DNA of 64,000 nt, from positions 2,418,001 to 2,482,000 of the forward strand of contig OZ218964.1 of assembly GCA_965112735.1 (NCBI GenBank), read 5' to 3'. The stretch comes from Phaeosaccion multiseriatum (Eukaryota; Protista; Ochrophyta, other classes). Positions 24,275-64,000 of this stretch are shown here, one piece after another (positions within the stretch are counted from its first letter, which is position 1; the number at the start of each line of letters is the position of its first letter). A program made the translations under genes and the position numbers. The notes beneath the pieces are model-generated. The model worked only from the letters and a program-made list of their open reading frames with translations, ran no database searches and had not been told where the DNA came from.

Positions 24275-26870
24275 ATGGTTTCCATCCAGATGGACACTCC
24301 CGTAGGCCCCTTTGAGCCTGGGTCGACCATTCCACTCACCTGGTCCCAGACGGGAACAATCCGTGATTTCACATGTAGCGTGAACATATGGCAGTGCCAC
24401 GGCACTACTGCCAATACATGCACCGAGAACGACACGTGTGAGGAGATTGCACACTCCTTCTTTCCTAATGGGTTCTTGTGTCTCGGTCCAGAGCCTGGCG
24501 GTTCCTACGAGTGGGAAGCGCCATCGTCGGTCTCTGGCTTCATACACATTTGTGTAGCGGATCGGACGGAGAGCAGCGTGTTTGATTACAGTGGCAGCTT
24601 TGAAGTACGCTTGGCGACATTTGACATGGGCACCCCAGCAGGAGGAGTGCTTCAGGCCGGAGATGCCATATCTCTCACGTGGACGTCCTCTGGCGGCGGC
24701 GGCGGGTTGGTGACGCTGTCCTCGTGCGCCGAAATCAGACTGACGACATCTTGCACCGCGAATGAGTCCTGCACAACAATCGCCACGGGTGTGGCCGACG
24801 ACGGGTCATACAGCTGGACTCCTTTGGAGGGAGGAAGAGTGAGTATCTGCATCAGCTACATGGAGAGCAGTGGCTCTTTCGACTACAGTGATTCCTTCAG
24901 TATCAACGCTCCGCTTACACCTACGCCCACACCTACGCGTGAGTCTGCGGTGAGTAGAGGCGTCTGGCGGTTAGTGGGGAACGTGGCGATTTCAACATTG
25001 CACAGCCAGGATGAACTTCTCTTTTTCTGTTTCTCAGCAGTGCTCCGCGACTTTTTTGTGCGCTTCTCTGGCTCGCTCCGTGCTGTGTTTGCTCACTCTT
25101 TCTCTTCCTCCCCTCTCCTATGTGTGCTGTCACACCCCCCTGCAGGCACCCCGAACGGCGCCACCTACAGCTCCGCCGTCGCATACGCCCACCACAGTTC
25201 CGCCGTCGCCCCCGGGTACAGTTCCGACTGAGCCATCAAGGACTGGTCCGAAAGAGTCGGGGCTTGCATTGCCGTTATCTCTATTGGCCTTATGGTTCTT
25301 CTTCTTTATTGCTTTGAAGTACTGCGGCGCTCCGCCACATTGTCAAAATGCGAAAGAGCGTAAGTCGGCGCAGGCCTATGAAGAAAACGACACCTTGACG
25401 ACGTCGGAGCAGGCCAATGTAGAAAACGCCACCTCGACGAACAACACCAACGAAGAAGAAGAGAAGACGGAATGGCCACCAACACGAGCACCCACTAACG
25501 GCTCCTCTGTCGGTCACATGAGCCAAGGCAGCAGCAGCCCAGTGCGGTCTCGAGCCGGCCCCCCTTCGAACAAGCAGCCCTCCCCAGGTACTTGAGAACA
25601 CGGGCCTTTTTATCTGGGTCTAACCAGCCAAGACTAGTTCGTACTTTTAGTATCAGAGGCAGGAATGGAGGGAAACGAGAGTGAGCTACTACTTCCCTCC
25701 CCCCCCCGCCTATGCCCTTTGGCTACCTTTACTTGTCATGTACCTTCTCCACACCGTCCCGGCAGGAGAGAATCAGGCAGCCCACCCTTGCGTTCGTCTG
25801 GTATTTTTGATTTTGATATGGGCTGTGCTTGTCGCGATGACAGTTTTCAGCTTCATTGCGGCGAAGGGCTCCACGCCTGAGGTGGTCTTGGCGGTATTAT
25901 GTAAGTGCAGTCGCTGTTTGAGCCCACCTGTCTTGGTTGCTACTGCTGCTGCTGCTGCTGTGATCAGACTGGACTGGCTGGTGGGTTGGCTGGTGCAGTC
26001 GTCATTTGCGCGCCAGCCACTGCTTTTTCCATATCGTAGGACACATTATTTTCACCTCTCAAAATGAGGCAGTCGTCTCCGGTCTCCTGTTGAGGGGATA
26101 CTTGTCGCTCGCGGGCTGGAGCTTGCGTTCTTGACTTCTTGCTTGGGTGTGGCTGCAGCCAAGTGCATATTTTGACGTTTCCTTCCGATTGGCTATGTGT
26201 TGTTTTGGCGCCCCCTGGTACCGCCACAGCCATTGTATTGCACCTGGTCTACGGCGTACAGTACTACTGGAACCTAGTGTCGCGTATCCGGGAGCTGTGT
26301 GCCGAAACAGAGAAAGATTGCGGTCATTTACTGTCCCGCTTCAACAATGCCCTGCGAGGAAGCGTCGAAAGGCCCGCTTGGATTGATGCAAATGAAACTG
26401 CCGGGCGAGAGTACGAAGCCTTGAAAGGTAAAGTGACCGAGGCTCGAGACGATATCATGAAAGCTGCCAATCAGATGCAAAGCGATGCGCAATCTTACAT
26501 GGAGGCGACCGCTAGCTGCTCCACTCGATTCAATATCTCTGTGCCGCGGAAGTCTAAAGGGATTGTCCAAAGCATCCAAGAATTTCGTGACAACTTGCAA
26601 GGTCTTCAGGGAAGCCTGGAAGTGGCTAGCGGTCATTTGCGCAAGTGGTGGGACACGGCAACGAGCGTGAGGGTCAAGGAGAACGTTGATGAACTCGACG
26701 AGTGCAAAACGGAGCTGTCTGGAGTACAAAACGACCTAGAGAATCTAAAGAGTACGGAGCTGTCTAGAGTACAAAAGGACCTAGAGAATCTAAAGAGTAC
26801 GCAGGATGCCATGAAAAGGGCGACGGACGGGCGTGGTGTGAGGGGCTGGTGGGCGTGGTACTGGTCATGA
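24275..26870 (+). CDS. Membrane protein: 2x Kre9/KNH-like Ig-like domain, Pro/Thr stalk, ~3 TM segments, C-terminal coiled coil; exons 24275-24949, 25146-25587, 25651-25680, 25766-25900, 26230-26870
   Basis: Two internal repeats of P..G..I.LTW...C...C..IA...GSY.W....I.I...S..FDYS.SF. Hydrophobic stretches LPLSLLALWFFFFIAL, LVFLILIWAVLVAMTVFSFI and VVLAVLSIVLHLVYGV. Intron phases 0,1,1,1 are consistent. Confidence 0.78.
26709..26801 (+). repeat. In-frame 45-bp tandem duplication in the coiled coil
   Basis: TELSGVQNDLENLKS / TELSRVQKDLENLKS, two nucleotide differences. Confidence 0.9.
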
Positions 26871-26986
26871 TGCAATATCAGTTGTAAGATAACCAAATAA
26901 AGGAAATAGATGGGAAAGCGAGTGCAAGCAATGCGAAAACCCACGTGTACATTAGTTTAAACAGGGCCCTCCTGCTCCTCCTCCCC

Positions 26987-47665
<20,679 letters not shown>

Positions 47666-48428
47666 CGTGCGGTGCGGTTACTCAGAGGGAACTCTGACTC
47701 TCTCGCTCGAGAGCAGAGCGTCTACAGAGGTGAACAAAATGGGTCTACAGAGGTGAAGAGAGAAGCTTTCACGTGCAACTCTCAACTCTCGCTCCTTCAA
47801 TTACAACAACGATTGTGATTGATCCTTTGACCTGTTTCCCTCCCCTGACTACGAGAGCGCTAGCCTGATATGATCGACTGTGACGCCATGAGATGTCCCA
47901 CCCTCTGATCCTGACCCCTCCGGCCCAAGGACGCCCAAGGGAGGCCGGGGCACTGTCAAGGACTGGAGGCATCTGCCTCCCCTCCGGCCCTCGCACCCCC
48001 CTCCTCCCTCCCAGCGGTAGACTCTCATGTCCTGCCGCGCTGCTACTGCTGCTGCTGCTGCCACGCCCGAGCATGCCACCCAGCTTGCCAGCTTACATCG
48101 CACGCCCAGATGCAGACAGCAGATGCAGTCAGCAGATTCAGTCAGTTTTATGTAGTCAGTCGGTGATGCAGTGCCCATCAGAAGGAAAGGCCCGTGGTAC
48201 AAGTCCAGCGCGTCGTCGCATCATGCGGGAGCTTGCCGGCCCCAGCGGGGACTGGCCCAGCGGGAGGGGGTGGGGGGGGGTATTCCGCCGGTCCTACAAG
48301 AGCCCCACAAGAAGAAGGACTTGAAGCTGTTACCCCCCACGCTCCATCCCGTCCAGTGCCATCCAGTCAAAGTCAGCCAACAGTACGCCTCCGCCTCCTC
48401 CTCGCTCTCATGCAGCACACTCGCTCGT

Positions 48429-49655
48429 TCAGCATTGGCAGTCGCACGGGTGTCCATTGGCATGCACCCATTGCTTAATCTCCTCGAAAGTGTCCGGGTT
48501 GATGGTGAAGGGCAGGCCGTACAGAGGCCGGTCCCGGAGCACTTGGGGACAAGCCTGCTCGTTCCAAGGGCAATCCACCCCCTCCGACCGCAGCATGTCG
48601 AGGGTGGCCAGACTCTTGCCGCTAAAGACCGCGGCCCTACAGAGGCTTTCGTCCCACTTACACAGGCTGTGTGCATTCCCATGCAGCCAGCGCAGCACCT
48701 CGACATTTCCCTCCTCTGCCGCGCACTCTGCCCCGTTTCTCCAGCGGCTGTTGGCCTCCGCGGCCTGCAGCTTGGCCCGCACCTTGGGATGCTTCATGAG
48801 CCACTCGATCACGACCACCCGGCCGGCCCGAACCGCACCGTTCCACACGTCGTTGGAGAGAGGCGCGTCGGTCTCGTCCGAGAGCAGCCACTCCAGCAAA
48901 GGAATGTCCCCCCGCGTGGCGGCATGCGCGCACACTTCCCAGTCCCACTTGCACTTTTCCTTGAGTGGCACGGACTCCGACCGCAGCCACCTGAGGATGC
49001 TCGACGCGTGCTTGGCATTAGAGGCGGCCAAGGCCGCAAGGCAGCGCGTGTCCACGTCCCACGGGCAGCCCATGTGAAGCAGTGCCTTGCAAATGCTCAC
49101 GTCCTCGTAATGAACTGCGGCGTTGAACGTGTGCTCCGTGAGCTTGTATCCGTGACGCCTCGCCCAGTAGATCCTCTCGATGGAGGACACCACGCTACGG
49201 TCTGAGGTGACTGCCGGATGGGCCACGATGAAATGGCTCCTCCACGCCTTGCTCACGGTCGACACAAAGGCGTACTCGCCCCCCCCAACAAGCCCCATAA
49301 TCTTTTCATGAAGAACCTTGGTTTCCAGCACGTCCCTACTACTGCTCCTGCTGCTGCGGGTGGTGGTGGTGGTGCTGCTGTTCTGCGAACTGAAGCGAGG
49401 CGGGGGGGGGTCCATCCTCTGGAGCAGCAGCAGCTCCTTCTCCCTTTCTTGTGCTTCCTTCTCCAAGAGCCTAGCCTTTTCCTCCTGTACTGCCCGGAGG
49501 TGACTCAGCAGCTCTCTCCTCGCCTCAGGAGTTGCTGCCGCTGCCCCTCCTCCTCCTGCTCCTGCTCCTTCCCCGGACAGACATAGCCCCAGGTAGACAC
49601 TCTGCCCGGACAGAGCCCCCTTGATTGCCGCCTCTTCTCTCTTCAATTCGTCCAT
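48429..49655 (-). CDS. Intronless protein: helical N-terminal header, F-box-like segment, CPW-type ankyrin-like repeats (~408 aa)
   Basis: Start MDELKREE chosen by alignment with the neighbouring paralogue. Motifs EYAFVSTVSKAWR, GCPWD, CKWDESLCRAA, LRSEGVDCPWN and KQWVHANGHPCDCQC. Confidence 0.85.
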   Translation of the reverse strand: MDELKREEAAIKGALSGQSVYLGLCLSGEGAGAGGGGAAAATPEARRELLSHLRAVQEEKARLLEKEAQEREKELLLLQRMDPPPPRFSSQNSSTTTTTRSSRSSSRDVLETKVLHEKIMGLVGGGEYAFVSTVSKAWRSHFIVAHPAVTSDRSVVSSIERIYWARRHGYKLTEHTFNAAVHYEDVSICKALLHMGCPWDVDTRCLAALAASNAKHASSILRWLRSESVPLKEKCKWDWEVCAHAATRGDIPLLEWLLSDETDAPLSNDVWNGAVRAGRVVVIEWLMKHPKVRAKLQAAEANSRWRNGAECAAEEGNVEVLRWLHGNAHSLCKWDESLCRAAVFSGKSLATLDMLRSEGVDCPWNEQACPQVLRDRPLYGLPFTINPDTFEEIKQWVHANGHPCDCQC

Positions 49656-49803
49656 TGTTTTCTCTCCGAGTAGCAGGACACACCTCTCAAGGAAGCATGG
49701 CGATGGCACCAAATGACGACCCCCTTTCTTTTTCCTGAGGAGGAGGAGGAGGAGGAGGCAGTAAGAGAGAGAGTGTATTATCGTACTAGTATTTTCCTTC
49801 ATC
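49656..49803. promoter_or_regulatory. Probable shared bidirectional promoter
   Basis: 148 bp between divergent ATGs of paralogues; inferred. Confidence 0.4.
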
Positions 49804-51045
49804 ATGGAAGACCTGATGCAGGCGCGAGGGGAGCTTGTGCAGCTGCAGAAGGAGTTGATGGAAGAGGAGAGGGAGGTCAAGAGGGCCCTGAGTGGGAAGG
49901 GCGCCTACTTGGGAATCCAGGCGGGCCTTGAGGATGGAGAGGCGAGGGGAGAGCTACTGACTCACCTCCATTTGCTGAGGGAGGAGAAGGCGAGACTCCT
50001 AGAGAAGGACCTCCTCCTGCTGCGTCTGCAGCTGCGAAGGGAAGAGAAGACGACGGCGTCAACGGAGGGAGCAGAACTGCGTGAAGTTCCTACTACCCCC
50101 CCCCCCTTTTCTTCCTTCGCCTCCTGTACCGCGGCTTTGGCGATCGTTGACGTGTACGACACAATCATGTGCTTCGTAGGCGAGGAGGAGTACATCTTCC
50201 TCGCGTCGGTGAGCAAGCGATGGAGAGACGCGGCCACTGTCCAGCACCTGGCCCTCACCTCCCACCGGAGTGCCGTGGCGTCTGTGGAGCGTCTGTACTG
50301 GGCCAAGCGCAGCGGCTACGTGCTCAACGGGGAGAGCTTCAAGGCGGCTGCGCGGTACGGAGACGTACGCATGTGCAAGGCCTTGTACAACTTGGGTTGT
50401 CCGTGGTACGTGCGGCAGTGCAAACAGGCGGTCCGCAACAAGCACCACGGCGTGGCCGTCCTGCAGTGGCTGCGATCCGTCGATCTGCCCCACAAGCACC
50501 AATGCCCCTGGGGCGACGAAGTGGATATGGAGGCTTTGGGGGAGGAGGAGGGGGGGATTGACAAGCTCAGGTGGCTGCTGTCGGACGAAGGAGGCTTTCC
50601 CTTCACCGATTACCTTTGGACGTATGCCCTGTACATCGCAAACATCCCCGTGCTCGAGTTTCTGCTCGCCCACCCCAAGGTCAGGGCCAAGCTGGAAGAG
50701 GCCGAGGTGGGCAGCAAGTGGAGGAACGGGCCCGTGTCTGCCATTCAAGGCTGGCGCCCTCTACCTATCCTCAAGTGGCTCCACGCCAACGCCAGGCAGC
50801 TGTGCGACTGGGACGCGAGGGCATGCGCCTGTGCTGTGGGGTACGAGCAGAGCCTGTCGTCTCTCAAGTGGCTCCGTTCGGAGGAGGTCAACTGTCCGTG
50901 GGACGAAACAGCCTGCCCGGAAGTGTACGGGACATTGCCTGTGGCTGGGGAGACTAGGCACTGGTCGTGGCGGAAGCCTGCGAAGATGCAGGTCATCAAG
51001 CAGTGGGTGCACGACAACGGACACCCGTGCAGCTGCCAGGACTGA
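49804..51045 (+). CDS. Intronless paralogue of the upstream gene (413 aa)
   Basis: Collinear motifs KRALSGKGAYLGI, EYIFLASVSKRWR, GCPWY, HPKVRAKLEEAE, LRSEEVNCPWD and KQWVHDNGHPCSCQD. Confidence 0.88.
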   Translation: MEDLMQARGELVQLQKELMEEEREVKRALSGKGAYLGIQAGLEDGEARGELLTHLHLLREEKARLLEKDLLLLRLQLRREEKTTASTEGAELREVPTTPPPFSSFASCTAALAIVDVYDTIMCFVGEEEYIFLASVSKRWRDAATVQHLALTSHRSAVASVERLYWAKRSGYVLNGESFKAAARYGDVRMCKALYNLGCPWYVRQCKQAVRNKHHGVAVLQWLRSVDLPHKHQCPWGDEVDMEALGEEEGGIDKLRWLLSDEGGFPFTDYLWTYALYIANIPVLEFLLAHPKVRAKLEEAEVGSKWRNGPVSAIQGWRPLPILKWLHANARQLCDWDARACACAVGYEQSLSSLKWLRSEEVNCPWDETACPEVYGTLPVAGETRHWSWRKPAKMQVIKQWVHDNGHPCSCQD

Positions 51046-51424
51046 GTCGCTTACTGACTCACTGACTTGGTCGTGGGACGAGCATGAGCGTGTGTGCGTG
51101 TGTGTGTGCCGAGAGGAGAGGGCCCCATACTGGGCGAGCGGCAGGGCCATACTGCTTGCTGTAAGAGCAGCGCGTCTCTGCCTATCCAACCACTTGTTTG
51201 TTGAAGGTGGCACAAAGCGCTTGTATGTTAAAGCGTGGCACAAAGCGAGGGACGACGACGATGCATGTACCTACTTCCCTACTGTCATTTTAACTTCCAA
51301 TGCGATAATGTAAGCCGGAACGAACGAACGACCGACCGAACGCACATCCCTATCTCTAGCTGCCTTGTTGCGCCACGCACCGCACCGCCTCTCGTGTCGT
51401 CTGTTGACTTACTGCTCAGCCTGC

Positions 51425-51462
<38 letters not shown>

Positions 51463-52045
51463 CTTGACTACTCGCTCCTCCTCGACTTAGTGACTTACTC
51501 GGCCAACCCTACCTCCGCTTCCTTCACCCCTCCCTTATCTCTACTTTTACTTGTACACATACTTCATCTATATCCTACAACCTTTGCGTTCGTCTTCTCC
51601 ATTCATTCATCTTGTTCTGCCAGTCAATCGATTCGACTCTTCCGCACCTCCCTCGACCGCCCTCCCCCCCCACCCCACCCCTCCCTTCCCTCGACACTAA
51701 TATCTGTAACTCCTCACTTACACCCTCGCTGCCGCCGCTTGCCCGCTTCCTCAACCTCAGGCTCTCCCTCTCTCTCTCTCCTCCCTCTCTCCCTCCTTCG
51801 CCGCCAAGATCATTCATGTGCTCAACAGCAACAGCCGAGCCGAGCCACGAAGCCAACCCGTAACCTTCCGATGTGGCTGTCTGTGGGCCGTCCAGTTCCA
51901 CCGACCTCGAGCTACTGCCTCCTCCACGCTGTCACTGCTGCGGCCGCCTATATGCATATGCCTGCAGAGGGTGGGGAGTGACTGACTGACTGACTGACTG
52001 ACTGGCTGACTGTTCCTTGCCTGGCCTGATCTGGCTGGGGGCTGA

Positions 52046-63523
<11,478 letters not shown>

Positions 63524-64000
63524 AGCTGTATGTGCCGAATATTTACCCTAGAATTTCTTGTCCTCTTGCTGCTACTATGTCGCCTTGAAAGAGCAAACAA
63601 CTATGGCCGTCTCTTTTTTCGGCGCAAAGTGATTCCAAAAATTGCGCCTTGGTGCTTTGAAACGTCCACTGACTTACTCCCTGCTTACGACAGGGCCGCC
63701 GCAAAACCGGGCAAGGGTGATTTTGATCATCTGAGTTCGAGGGGTGTGAAAGGGATCTGCAGCGGCCCATCGCCAGAAGCCGCACCAAGAAGCACCGCAT
63801 CCCCCGCGACACGACGAAGAAAGGTGGTGGGTTGGAGAGAGGAGTGCACCTCCAGGGAACAGCAGGACTGCAGGAATGGCGGACATAATGTCGCCCATGC
63901 GCGGCGCCCCGGAACAAGTGGATGTGCTAGATAAGATACGTGGGATCGAGCTCAAGGAGGAGCAAATAGAGAGGGCCTTGGAGGGTAAGGGGAGCTACTT

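Noticed and set aside
47700-48420. Short ORFs between the ROCO start and the ankyrin-like pair (also 51235-51981 and 63530-64000)
   Set aside because: No recognisable motifs or supportable exon structure.
49656-49880. N-terminal extension of the 483-aa ORF
   Set aside because: It overlaps the opposite gene; paralogue alignment puts the start at 49655.
48429-51045. Endogenous giant-virus segment
   Set aside because: No viral hallmark genes, and the flanks are ordinary spliced host genes.

Overview
GC-rich eukaryotic DNA, intron-dense with microsatellite-filled introns; the gene content suggests a stramenopile-like alga or protist (inference). All gene models were traced by hand. (1) 1-21.7 kb: a rearranged tandem array of ~5-6 kb units carrying four paralogous ankyrin-repeat genes with about 4, 11, 8 and 8 repeats. 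Differences between copies cluster at the target-binding (DARPin-type) positions, while the framework and C-terminal tail are almost invariant. The array also holds decayed + strand gene pieces and a decayed 3' fragment of an RLE-type (CRE-like) non-LTR retrotransposon. (2) 22.1-26.9 kb: a 5-exon secreted class-3 lipase, head-to-head with a 5-exon membrane protein (two Kre9/KNH-like Ig domains, ~3 TM segments, coiled coil). (3) 27.0-47.7 kb: one ~32-exon minus-strand gene of ~2,700 aa with consistent splice phases throughout. It encodes LRR-ROC-COR, an NPF-rich linker, a PDZ-like segment and a C-terminal DUF900-type alpha/beta hydrolase. (4) 48.4-51.0 kb: a head-to-head pair of intronless paralogues (helical header, F-box-like segment, CPW-type ankyrin-like repeats). 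(5) 52.0-63.5 kb: a multi-exon gene with ~10 tandem Tudor/Agenet-like domains. The best candidates for new biology are the diversifying ankyrin array and the ROCO-hydrolase fusion.
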